Assembly: GCF_006345805.1 (NCBI RefSeq)
Contig: NC_043011.1
Span: forward strand, 9,486,001 to 9,550,000
Length of the DNA: 64,000 nucleotides
Direction: 5' to 3'
From: Octopus sinensis
Lineage: Eukaryota
Part shown: positions 11,854 to 24,380 of the stretch, piece by piece
Position numbering within the stretch: the first letter of the stretch is position 1
Layout: every line of letters begins with the position of its first letter
Translations under genes and position numbers: made by a program
Notes under the pieces: model-generated
Database searches by the model: none
Told to the model about the DNA's origin: nothing
The model's input: the letters and a program-made list of their open reading frames with translations, nothing else

Positions 11854-12118
11854 GCCCAAAGGCACACGATATAGTGGTTAAGAGCACAGGCTACAAACCC
11901 CAAGATTCTGCATTCAATTCCAGGCAGTGACCTGAATAATAATAATAATAACAATAACATTGAAAAATACCTCAAAATTTCCCCCAAGACACCTGATGAA
12001 AGCTGGAGGGTATATCAGCCAAATTGTGTAAACAACAAACAAGATGAGGACAAATATCCATTAAATGTAAATAATGTAAATAATGTACACAATTCTTCAC
12101 CTCTCAAATATAGAACTG
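11851..12118 (+). mobile_element. tRNA-derived head plus (AAT)n plus hammerhead-like tail (SINE/retrozyme-like)
   Basis: A-box/D-arm-like atagtggttaagagc (11871-11885), B-box-like attcaattcc (11912-11921), AAT linker, then gacacCTGATGAaagctg-N10-cagcc-aaattgtgt (11988-12029). Confidence 0.75.
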
Positions 12119-12339
12119 TCTTATTTTATTTAACTTGGTGGAATTCATAGTTAGAGTATAAAGAACCAGAATAAATGCAGTTATGCATTTTGTCCAGCTC
12201 ACCAATAATAATAATAATAATAATGATGATGATGTTTACAAGTTTTGGTACAAGGTTGGCAACTTTAGTGAGAGAGAATTAGTTAGTTACATCAGTAGCA
12301 GTGCTACTGAGAGGCATTTAGAATACTAACCATGGTAGT

Positions 12340-12960
12340 GTTGTCAGTTACGCCTGCCCAGGATGCGTACAGAGCAATGGAACTGTTCTGCTCAGGCTTA
12401 TACAGTGCTTGTAGAATTATGTGAAACATGCAATCTCATGTAGAACAGATCCAGCTATTGACCAGCTCCATTGTGAAGATTGCTCTGCCATTATCCTTTG
12501 ATCAGGAAAAGCAGGCAGTTTCCCTCTGTCTTGTGGCTATGGCAAAAGAGGTTGTGTGGTGGACAAGACTGAAGACAGACATTCGTCTTTGACCAAGCTC
12601 TCATTGATGTTTACAAGTTCCACATAAAAAGAAAAGTGAAGGTGGAGATGGAGGTTCCCCTTCTCTTCCCCAGTAAATTTGGCCCCATTGAATGGACTGA
12701 CTCTAAGTCTACACTTTTAGGTTGAAAAGTGGGGGGGGGAGAGGAACACTTGCCACTTCTGGTAAGTAGTTGAGATCTGTTGAGTTCCTTGGTTGCCCCC
12801 AGGTGTCATTTCCCTGTTTCTGGGGAATTTTGGGGTTAAAATTTTCTTGTTAATTATTTTTTTAGATCGTTCACATGTTTCTACATAAACCCCCCCCCCA
12901 CTGTCCTTTGCCTTTTTATTTCCTAAAAAGATTTCTGTTACCCTTGTGGCTTATAAAGTA
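12340..12960 (+). pseudogene. L1/Tx1-like LINE 3' end
   Basis: QIQLLTSSIVKIALPLSFDQEKQAVSLCLVAMAKEVVWWTRLK and LIDVYKFHIKRKVKVE resemble Tx1-clade ORF2 C-termini; followed by a UTR-like pyrimidine-rich tail. Confidence 0.55.
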
Positions 12961-14105
12961 TTATTATCATGACTTCAAAACATTGACATATAGCCAGATA
13001 TAGTGGTAAGGGAGGCTTTAGCCAATTAAATCCACCCCAGTACATGTCTGATACTTATTTAACTCCTGAATGATGCAAACCAATGTATAAACTCCAGTAA
13101 GTTGAGAGCTGGACTGTTGTTCATTTTAACACCAGAAGAAAGACTGACAAAGTCAATTTTCGTAGGATTTGAAATAAAATCACAGGCGAATCTCACTTAA
13201 TGCCACATTATACTATGTCTGATGTGTAACTGTTGTTGATAAATATTTTAATAAAAATGATTTTCTAATGATGACGATGACGACGACACACTCATACAGC
13301 CAACAGTCTCAGTGGTGTTATTTAATATATTTTTTGTGACTTTTAACACTGCAATATCTTTAAAACTCCAATCCGCTCTGACATGTACATATGATGTAAT
13401 ATCAACATGAAACAAATAAAAATCTGTCATTTCAAGGATTTTAACAGGAAAATTTCTTCTCTCAAGCAAAACAAAATATAAATTAAAAATAAAACAATGA
13501 AAATCTTTTGAAGAACATACAAAATGAATAAAGTAAATAATAAAATGTAAATAAATAAAATTGAAATTAAAAGAGAATTTCAAGATGTTGTGAAGTATGT
13601 GCAACAAGGTGAGAAAAGGAAGAAAATAAGAACAGAATTGTTAAAGTCGATGACATATGTCAGAATAATGTCTGGAATTTCAGTATTAAAACATTGATTC
13701 TATAAAGAATGGATTGTTAAAATGGAGGGAGGGTCTTTTAAGACATAGATTATTAATCTGAAGAGATTCTGGAAAGAATAGATTTGTTTAAATAGTGAAT
13801 AAAGAGTGGATTGTCAAACTAAAATGAGACTATTTGATGTCTGGATTGTTAAAATAGAAGCAGAACAATTAATCAGGGGTTGACAGAATAAAAATGCCAA
13901 AGATGACCAACAAAACATCTTGAAATCAAGTGATATTTCAAGAATGGTTTTGTAAGTCCTTCATGGTGTTACTAGTGTATTCTGGGACTGTTTGCTACTT
14001 AAAAATAAGGGGCAGGCATCAATCCAAGAAATAAGGTTCCCCCCATTAGAAATTAGGGAATCAACAAGGAGGTATCTACAGGGCAATTTCATCTGCTCAA
14101 AACAG

Positions 14106-14296
14106 AAGCATAGCTGTATGGTTAAGAAGTCTACTTTGGAAGCACATGATTCCTGGTTCAATCGCACTGTGCCACCTTGGGTAGGTGCCTTCTATCATAG
14201 GCTCAAATTGATGAAATCTTTGTGAATAGAATTTGGGAGACAGAAACAAAGTTTAATCCTGGTGTGTGTGTGTGTTTCAGCAATGTACATTGGATG
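14106..14296 (+). mobile_element. Degenerate CORE-type tRNA SINE (5' half)
   Basis: gcatagctgtatggttaagaag...cctggttcaatc...ccaccttgggtaggtg, homologous to 60011-60170. Confidence 0.65.
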
Positions 14297-14489
14297 ACAA
14301 TGTAAAAATGAACATGACCCCGCTCCTCACCCAATATATGCTTTACAGGGTCCTTGAAATATTTGTTCTGTATCAAGCTAGAGACACTCCCTTGTCATTC
14401 TCATGGGGAGCTGGTTATTTGGAAACTTGCGACTGACCATTGTTCACCAATTGTAATGTATAATAATAAAAAAACAACAAAAATGGTTT

Positions 14490-14700
14490 CAAATTTTGGT
14501 ACAAGGCCAGCAATTTTAAAGTGGGGTGGGGTGTAGCCATTTATATCAAACCTAATACTTGACTGGTTCTTATTTCATCAAACCCAAAAGGATGAAAAGC
14601 AAAATAGACCTCAGCAGTATTTGAACTCAGAATGTGAAGCTGGAAGAAATCCTGCCAATCACTTTATCCAATGCTTTAACAATTCTGCTAAATCACCACC
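14490..14700 (-). mobile_element. SINE family B
   Basis: ttggtacaaggccagcaatttt...ccaaaaggatgaaaagcaaaatagacctc...tttgaactcagaatgt matches 39.4 kb copies. Confidence 0.7.
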
Positions 14701-15192
14701 AATAATTATTAATAATTATTGCCGAAATAAAGAGAACTGTTTACACTGTGGAGATGTTACTATAGGACTAACATTCAGTAATTGCTCTCTGTTCAGCATT
14801 GAGATAGGACAGGGAAGAGCTTCTGATAAAAAGACAATTACAAAGATGATGATGATGATGATTGTAGTGACAATGCTAACATCATTGCTACACAGTAACA
14901 CAATCTACAAAAACTGTCATCAGATTGTGTATAATAATAATACTTTGAGGTTGGGGTTGGGAGTCTAATTAAAGATGAGATAAAGAATCTCTTCAACAAA
15001 AACCAGAATAGGGAAAAAAAAAACATTTATAGACAATTTGAATGGTAGTGGCAGCAGTGGTGGTGGTGGTACAGTGGCAGTGTAGGGAAGGGTACAGTGG
15101 TGTCGGTGGATCTGAATCAACCCATCAACTAATTAAGATGTTTCTTCAGCAATTCAGATAAAAAGCACGGAACTCAATTGGAACTTGTACAA

Positions 15193-15252
<60 letters not shown>
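15193..15252. repeat. (AAT)n microsatellite
   Basis: Perfect run of about 20 units. Confidence 0.95.
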
Positions 15253-15253
<1 letters not shown>

Positions 15254-16024
15254 TTTCAAAAAATTTTGATCAAAATATTGACAACTATTTCAAAAATTCC
15301 CATTATCGATTTTTTTTTTTCTTTTTGCCAAATTTCAATAAAATTTCAAATGTTTTCGTTCCTGACTCAGAAAAATTTTTTTTTTACATCAGTATCACGA
15401 AAATAAGTCAAGAACAGGTAATATTTTAATTGGATAGCTTAATTATTCTAATTAATTAGTTTTCTGGATGAATTGTATTTGCAATTTTTTCCATTTGTTT
15501 TATTATTTCCAAATATGATGAACAGAAATAGTTTTGAGATGAATAAACTGTGCAGCACTATCATAAAATTTGCTGTGCCACAGAAATGACGATGTTTGGA
15601 AAAACGATTTTAATCAGACAGGGAAATATTGGAGATTTTTACAGGTAAGAATTGCTGATTTAAGGGGTTACCTGATAGAATATTTAGAAAACAAAGTACC
15701 AAAGTAGTAACATGTAAGAGTTAACAATTGCAACACAACAAATCTATAAAAGCCAAAGATGGTATCTCTACAGAGTTGACTTGCTAGAAACAGCAACTGA
15801 AATTCCCTCAGATCACACAATACTTTTTCAAGGAAAGGAAAGTCACACTGGATAATGCATTGCAGGCTACATATCGGATAAAACACTATGGAACATCACT
15901 GCCTGGCATCTGTCTGCTGCTTAGAATATCCTGCACGTGTGCGGGTGTGCGTGTATGTGTAGATACCTAGCTAGACAGGCAGACAGATAGATATTATTCT
16001 TATACAAGAAATTGTAGTTAAGAT

Positions 16025-16316
16025 ACCCATGCCGGTGACATGTTAAAAGCACCGTCCAAACATGGCAGATGCCAGCACCACCTGACTGGCATCCGTGACA
16101 CGTAAAAGCCTCCCCTGGCACCTGTGCCGGTGGCATGTAAAAAGCACCCACTACACTCACGGAGTGGTTGGCGTTAGGAAGGGCATCCAGCTGTAGAAAC
16201 ACTGCCAGATCAGACTGGTGCCTGGTGCAGCCTCCTGGCTTCTCAGACCCTGGTCGAACCGTCCAACCCATGCTAGCATGGAAAACGGACGATAAACGAT
16301 GATGATGATGATGATG
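16025..16316 (+). mobile_element. RTE LINE 3' UTR fragment (GAT tail)
   Basis: gtgccggtggcatgtaaaaagcaccc...ggcgttaggaagggcatccagctgtagaaac...gataaacgatgatgatg. Confidence 0.9.
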
Positions 16317-16439
16317 AAGAATGTCTTTAATAGTGACAGGCCAGCTTAGCTATCATCGGACTGAAGTCCAACAATGGCTTTGCTGGCCAAAACTTTGCAA
16401 CCACTGTCAAGAACATTCTCGCATACGAATACTGAAACT

Positions 16440-16453
16440 GTTTCTATGGTAAC
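16440..16453. promoter_or_regulatory. RFX X-box motif
   Basis: GTTTCTATGGTAAC fits GTHNYY-AT-RRNAAC exactly; function untested. Confidence 0.35.
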
Positions 16454-18012
16454 TGAAAATGAAAACAGACAGACAGAAATGTGTGCTTAAAAAACAGAAA
16501 CCTCTTGACTTTACACCAAAGATTTTCAGATTATAAATGCCAATTATTTCTACCAAATATTCTTGAGAGAGACTAAGACAGGGTTCTTGCTTAGCCTGTC
16601 ATTACCAAATATTTCCCAGTCAATGTTTCAGCCTTCAGAGGGGCTGGGATGGTCAGGGAACAATGTGTTTTGAGTCCTAACCCTTAGATCAATCCACTTT
16701 ACTCTTGTTGGTACAATGTTCACTAGAGACGTAGAGTTCTGTTGAAGAACTTACCACATCGAACAGCAACAACAACAACAACAGTGCTTTATGTCAGACA
16801 CAACTGCAATACAATAATCTCTGGTATTATGACATCTCATTAAGGACATCCATGATTTTTCTATTTCACTAACCATTTTCTATGCCTTCTATAGAAGATA
16901 CTTGTTCATTGACCAAACCTGGCATTTCCTCCACCAACATTCACCAATCAGAGGAAAGGAAGGGATACTATAGAAATAACAACAACAATGACAACAACAA
17001 CATTTGATACTAGGAACACTAAGTAGGAAGAAGATGAAGAAAAGACAATGGGAATAAAATATTATAAGATATACTGGTCAGAGAGGAAAGGTGTTGGGGT
17101 ACACTCTGATTAACTAGGGCAGGCATTGTGGTGTGCCCCTGTGTAACACACAATTTTGTTATGGATTTAGTTGACCAAACAATAAACCAGTTCCAGCATT
17201 GGGTCATGGGAGGAGGGATGCAAGCAAGAAGAGTTTGCTGGTGACAGTAATATTAGTAATCAGTGTGAGGAATGGTAATGGTTGCAAGCAAGTTAACATT
17301 CCTTGACTTTTCAGCTCATGAGGTAAGGGTTTGCTTCAGGCAATTTGACCTTTTCCCCTTTTTCCCCAGGCTTAGCCTCAGGGCTCATAGTGAACCCTTA
17401 AGTTGCTCAAACTCATTTCCATCACAGGGAAAAGAAACATTTGAGAGCAACAGTGGGATTTCCAATTGTAGAAGATACTAACACAGAATTGATTGGAACT
17501 TGAAAAAAATTGGTTGTGGAAACTTGTTCTCTTTGTGAAAATGGTGAGTAAAAAAGCTAGAATGGCTGTTACTGCAAAATCATCTCACTGTCGATAATGT
17601 ACTACAATGGTGAGTTGGTTTTGATGTAAGACATTGCCATAGAATTACTTCACTCTCACTTCACCTGGTAACTGGATCGGATAAATAACAAAATACTGTC
17701 TTCTTTTGAAATCATTTCTATCATGGCAACATCAAGCAACATCAATTACCTAATGGCAGCTATCGGTCATTTTATTGTTTATTTAGTTGATGTTGTTGTT
17801 GTTGTAACTAAGAAAAATGTTCATGTTGTTTGTTAATGTATTTTTATTGTTGTTGTTGTTTAGTAGATGTAATTATGGTCGTAGAAATATGCTAAAATGT
17901 AGGTATTGTATTTCTCTTGTTATTTTGTTTGCTTATTGTTTACCATTTGCAATGGTTGATTGTTTAGTCTATGGCAACTGTGTAGCCATAGACAGAAAAC
18001 TTTATACATATG

Positions 18013-18043
<31 letters not shown>

Positions 18044-18217
18044 ATATATATGTATGTATATATCATTTTATTGACAGTTGCTTTGAAGTTTTGCTGGTCA
18101 AGGCTTATCTAATAAATATTAGATTCTACACATGTATTGAGTTCTTTGTTTGGTCAATGTTTGTTATTTTATGCTTATGAAAAAAATTATTTCCAACTGT
18201 GTACATAATGTGTGCAT

Positions 18218-18272
<55 letters not shown>

Positions 18273-20949
18273 CTGTGTGTGTTCATGTGTAGATATTTGT
18301 GTCTGCAACAGTATAAACTTCAAGGAATTCTTCAACTAGAACATTTCTAGAGTTGGCAAAAAGCTAATTTGATCAGACGGCCAACAGGAAGTTAGAAATC
18401 AATGTTAATAATCAGTAATAATAAAAACAAATTGAAATAAAAAAAAAATGTAAAAATGTAAAAATGCTGTAGATGCTATCATTAGTTTAGGGTGATGTGT
18501 TGTGAAATATTCAGAGAGATCTGTTGGGGCAGACAACCAGAAAATGACCTCCCAGTAGTAAATCCAGAGGAAGGTTATCTGTTGTATTCTAAGCCTCTCT
18601 CTCTGCTGCAGCCACCACCACAACTGAACATTTGACCTTTCAGAAAGAGCAATTAATCTACCTCCCTTCTAACAGCTGTCATTTGCAACCAAAATTGACT
18701 TGGTAACATGTACAATGTATTCAATAATAGTTTTTGGTACCCAGGTAGTCATGCACAGAGATACCCTCTTTGGCTAGGGGGACATTTAAGATGTGATTCT
18801 GCACCAGCAAAATGCTGGTACTCTGTTGATCCTAAAAACATTGTCTATGGTAGCATTTGAAATCAGACTGCAGATATCCAGGACAAATATCACAAAACAT
18901 CCAACCTGAGACCCTAATTATTTTTGTTTCATTTCACACCTGGATAAGTTAGTCATAGGACATGATGGTCGAAACTGGATTGTCTTTGATCCTAGATCAC
19001 TGACTTATGGTTAAACAACACCAGCAACGATGGCTAGTGCACATTAATTGGGAAAAGGCCACCAGTAATGTGGTCAGACTTTCACACTGATGTCATACAA
19101 TTAACCGCTGCCATGCAGGAGGAATTGGCAGAGCTGGGGTCTAAGTGATTTTTTTTATATCAATCAAAAGAAAGAGAAAAACCTATAAACATAAAACTCA
19201 TTTGCTTCCCATTTGCTTCTAATTAATTTATCCATAGCAGAACCTCTTTCTAGTGGCTCCACCTACCTTTAAATAGCAATCAAATCTTCCTCAGATTATA
19301 ACCTACTGCTATCAGAAAAGCAACTCACATTGAATAATGAAGTGTTTTATCTACAAGAAGACCGGATCATCATAGCTGGGATGTTTTTGATGTGGGTCGA
19401 GCTGGGTCTAAATAACAACCTCCATACTGGATTGTCAACCAGCACTAATAAACTAATAGAGAGATTGTCCTGCTGTGTCTAAACTATCCCGACTTATCTT
19501 TATGGTCAATCTTTGATGAGAGATGAACTGAACGGATAAACTTGATATCACATATCTTCAGCCACAGTTCACTAGACATTACTAAATTCTCGCATGAGTG
19601 AGTGTACAAGTGAATCTTACAGCAGACTGACATGTAGTTTATTGAAACAAGAAATCTAATTGGGTCCTGTTTAATAGAGTTGATTGGCTCTACACAACAA
19701 CAGTCATAACAACAAGACAGTTGTTGAATTATAATTGCTATCTGAAATGAACTGTAAACAGTTCTACATTAAGCAGTACAGGTCTATAGTTTTCACACAG
19801 TACATGCTCATATCATCCATATTGATATTAAAGGTTAAAGATCTAGAAGACTGTTATTGTTTTGAGTGGGTCTGTAAACATGTGAATGGGTGGAGTAAGT
19901 CCTTCGGTTCTGTGGCCCTTCTACCAAACAGCTGTCCCCGTATTTCTCACCTAGATATCTATATCTCTCCCCTCTCTCCTTCCCAACATTTTCTCCAAAA
20001 TTACTCAATAATATGGATATAAGAATTTCAATTGAACACTAACCAGAATATTGTCACCTGCCTTATCCTGGCCTTCTTGACCCTTAATCCCACCTCTCTA
20101 CCTCACACAGTCAGACAAGGGACTGACTCCATTCTTCTTCTGCAGACAAATCAAGCAAAAACCATTCTGGCCATTATCCTAGAAGTGCCTTCTTAGTCAA
20201 CAACCTACAAAGCTTGTTCTCTTCAGGTTTCCTTTATTTCTTGAGCTCTGCAAATGTTCATTCTACTCCATTGGCAAAATGCTTGCCACAACAATTTCAC
20301 CGCCTTTGAAATGGCTAAAATAATTCTACTTCTATGATGTAATTACTTTGGTTTCAACACCAAGTCTCAGAACAAGTCACTTGCTGGACATTGAAAAAAA
20401 CCATTCTAACATCTTAAAAACTAGTGAAAACCCCCATCTCTGCAACCACCACCACCACCCTGAAACTGGGGGAGGTGGAGGAAATGCATATAAAATGTTA
20501 TCAGTTCAAAACATTGAGAATAAAAATAACATTTATTGATTCTATTTCATGTCAAACTAACATTTATATAACATTTTTATTGACGACAATACCATCAAAT
20601 ATTCCAAGACAAGCTTTGAGTGTGTCAGGTGTGTGTGTGTGTGGGTGTATGTGTGTGTGTGTGTGTCAGGTGTGTGGGTGTGTGTGTGTGTGTGTGTAGT
20701 AATGCATTCTACTTGATCTTGATTTGTAATGTATAACATTTTTTTAGTTATCTTTATCAAAGAAACCCATGTACACAAGAGAATCAAAGATGTTTCCTTG
20801 TTTATTTCACACTGACTTGGAACTGAAGACATTTAAAGGGGAAAAGGTAGGGAAACTAGAACATAACTGAAAGTTGAGAATAATTGAATTATGGCAGATG
20901 TATTGAATGTTTAAACTGCCTCAAGAAACTGTGTTTGATAAAAAAAAGC

Positions 20950-21000
<51 letters not shown>

Positions 21001-21729
21001 CACCTCTGCCATCTCAATAAACAAACGCCTTTGTGATTATTATTTACAGAAAGTGAAATAGTTGAATGTTGGGAAGGTTATAGAAGAAGGAAGCAAACTT
21101 TTACACTTTTGTCAAAGGTGTTGTTATCCTATGAGCTACTTCTACTTTCCTGGGGTAGTCAGAAATCTCCTTATTACATGGAGAGTTAGGTATTTCCAAC
21201 ATTAGCAATGGTCACAGTGGCCTGTGATTACATCTCTGTTTACAGCAGGGACTGAACCTGAAAACTGGAAAACTGTTTCTTCATTTTACGGAAGACGAAG
21301 AGAAACGATGATGTCAGGTTGGAAAGAAATGATCAGTGTGTCCTGTCACTTAGAGGCCCACCCGGTAAATATGAGAGGGAGCCCAGGGTGGCAAGCAAGC
21401 AACCAAGAGATGATCAGTGTATTCCTTGTCACTGGTACTGTATATGTGTCCAAGGTTAAGATAGTGACTGACTAAGTCCATCAAGTTCTGTAGGAGCACT
21501 TTGGAATAAACAAGGGTTTCATTGGCTTGCAGTAGGGAAAAATAACAACAACAGGCTAGTAACCTATCCCAGGGGATATTTGTTTCTGGAGGTGGTGGGA
21601 TTTGTAATATAATGGTATAGGGTAAATAATAGTTTAAGTGATAGTGTTAATAACAACATAAATAGTAATAATAATAATAATAACAACAATAAGACTCCTA
21701 CCGTGAATATCTTCAACAGATTAATTTGA

Positions 21730-21767
21730 ACTCACCTGAAAAATAAGAAGAAATAAGCAATGGTTAA
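21730..21767 (-). other. Strong 3' splice site abutting a 5' splice site (candidate recursive splice site)
   Basis: Minus strand TTAAC-cattg-cttatttcttcttattttt-CAG|GTGAGT; branch-like A about 28 nt upstream and no intervening AG. Confidence 0.4.
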
Positions 21768-22805
21768 TTTTGGTATCGTATATGATAGAAATGCGAAGGA
21801 TTAAAGGTTAGGTGAAATGTGGTCAATGATTAATCGGAGTGCTGTATTAACAGAGGTGTAAAAGACTAATGAATCAGTAGAGCCTTGGACAAAATATTTT
21901 GTGGTATATATACATATATACACAAAGGCATATGGAATACAGGCTTCAAAATAGTATATCATGTGGTGGTAGACTTACTATAACATCTCACCTATTCTCT
22001 TTATATCCTGTACCAAGAGTTGACTCACTCTATAGACTTATGTCAGAACTTCCATAAATTCATAATTTGTACAAACATTTGTTTAGTGCTTTTTGTGAAA
22101 AATGTTTGGCGAAGACTGATTATGATATGCCCTACAGAGTGCATAGGTGTATCTAGGACCAGGAAGTTAATTTGATGTTAAGTGCTTTGGGGTGTAGATT
22201 TTCCTCAAAAGATAGCTTCATCCAGTTGGTTGTAATAAAAGGGTCTGTTTATTCTGAGTAGTCTTATCTCTAACCCCTTACCACTGATACCAGCTGGCCA
22301 CAGACCAACCTTTCCCATCTGCCTCTTTTTTTCTCCACCATTATTGTCTCTTGTTCCACAATCCTAAAAATGTTTCACTTAATTCTTCTCCCCCAAACTG
22401 TATCCCACTGGAACTCCTTCTGCCTTATGTGCACATATCAAGTCAAAAATACTACATCAATCTTCGCTGATATTAAAGGATTTACAAAGGCCATGGGTCA
22501 TTGGTTAACTTGTTCAAAAAGTTACCACAGTCAGACATTAGCCAATGATGATGATGATGACGATGATGATGATGATGATGATATGTTCACTATAAATGAC
22601 ATATCACCAAATCAACAACACTGAAATAATATTGAAAATAGTTTCTGGGAAAGATCAATAAATTTGTTGTGATTAAAAATGTAATTTTACAGAACTTTTT
22701 ATGTCTATTAACATTACTGAGATTTTAATGTTTGTTTTCAATGGCTGCATGGGTCAGATAATATGGAGTGAGTATGTGTGTGTGTTGTCATGTCTGTATA
22801 TATGA

Positions 22806-22841
<36 letters not shown>

Positions 22842-23279
22842 TTCCATATATGTAAATGTAGTTAATGGTATGTATGCTTCCGTGTGTGCATGATTGTGTA
22901 TTTCCATGTGTGTGTGTGTGTATACATATGATTCTGTATTTGTTTGTATCAGTAGATGTGTTTCCATTATGTATATGTGTGTGTGTGTGTATTTTTAATG
23001 TGTGCATATGATTGCGTGTGTGTGTGTGTGTGTGTGTGTGATCCTTATATTTGATGTAGTTTCTTAGGCTTTCGCACTGTTGCTCCAGCTGACAGTCATA
23101 ACATAACAAAACAATAACAATGTTGGAATGTTGTGTTTTATAAAGGCAGGGTTGTGACATTGGAATAGTTACAATGAGGGGTAGTGGTGGTGGTGGTGGT
23201 GGGGAGATACCTTGGACCAGCAGATACAATTGACCACTACACAATAAAGCAACTTGTAATATTTTGTTGTAGTTATGTC

Positions 23280-23437
23280 CAGGAAGGGCATCCTGGCGCT
23301 AGGAAGGGCATCCAGCTGTAGAAACCATGCCAGATCAGATTGGAGTCTGGTTCGCTAGACCTCAGTCAAATCATCCAACCCATGCTAGCATGGAAAATGG
23401 ACATTAAACAATGATGATGATGATGATGATGATGATT
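23280..23437 (+). mobile_element. RTE LINE 3' UTR fragment
   Basis: aggaagggcatcc duplicated, then ccaacccatgctagcatggaaaatggacattaaacaatgatgatg. Confidence 0.85.
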
Positions 23438-23729
23438 TAGCATCCTTTACTGTTCCTTTGCTGTTCCATGGATTTAGACAGCAAAATGTGATAGGGGTTT
23501 ACAGGTGGATGCTCTTCTCATCGTCAACCTTGAGCTGTTTTTCAATTAAGGGACTTCTCAACTCCACAGGTTGTTGAAAGTGCAGAGCAACCAGTTACAA
23601 TGTGAACATGAACACCACTTCACATGATTGGGGACATGCATGGAATATATAAACATTGATGCCCCTTCACAAATGCACACACACACATTCATATCATCAT
23701 TATAATATCCATTTCCCCATATTTGCATA

Positions 23730-24075
23730 GGTGAGAGGGTATCTGTTGAGGTGGATTGCCTACAGCTGGGTGCCCTTCCTGTTGCCACCCTTCACCTGTT
23801 TCTAATTATGGCAATATTTTTCCAAAACAAGATCCATTTTCATGGAAGACTGGAAACAGACACCGCATGCATGACAATGGCACTCATTTACAACTGTCAT
23901 GTAATAATGTCAAGGAAAGGAGACAGTAACACACACACACACAATGGGTTTCTTTTCAGTTTCCATCTACAAAATCCACTCACAATTATTAGTGGGCCTG
24001 GGGTCACAGAAGAAGACATCAGCCCAAAGTGGCATGGAGTGAGACTGAACCCAAGACCATATGAATGGGGGAAAA
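23730..24075 (-). mobile_element. Composite SINE: CORE-type head joined to an RTE-type aggaagggcacccagctgt tail
   Basis: Plus strand shows ttcagtttccatctacaaaatccactcaca (CORE-SINE body) and cagctgggtgcccttcctgttgccacc (RTE-like tail). Confidence 0.55.
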
Positions 24076-24108
24076 GTGTGATAGAAACACATATGTATAA
24101 ACTGTAGT

Positions 24109-24142
<34 letters not shown>

Positions 24143-24349
24143 TGTGGTGAAGTACAGAAAATAATTTAACAATCAATATGGTAATTAGCAGTTCACTACT
24201 TGAGTGTCAAGTTGTAAGACATTTTGTTAATGAGTGAACATGTGACAATTACCTCAGGACATCGTTAAAATTAAACAGAGTTGTAATTTGTGTGAAATTG
24301 GTATATTCATGGAAAAAAGAGCAAAGTCATACACAGACACACACACACG

Positions 24350-24380
<31 letters not shown>

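Noticed and set aside
11861-11925. tRNA gene (also at 60011 and 25754)
   Set aside because: Degenerate boxes, no full cloverleaf, and continuous with repeat bodies: these are SINE heads.
11597-11987. Poly-Ile/poly-Asn ORFs; similar ORFs at 244-569, 15178-15429, 30275-30783, 39725-40057 and the HT/CV-repeat ORFs
   Set aside because: Translations of (AAT)n, (TA)n and (CA)n microsatellites.
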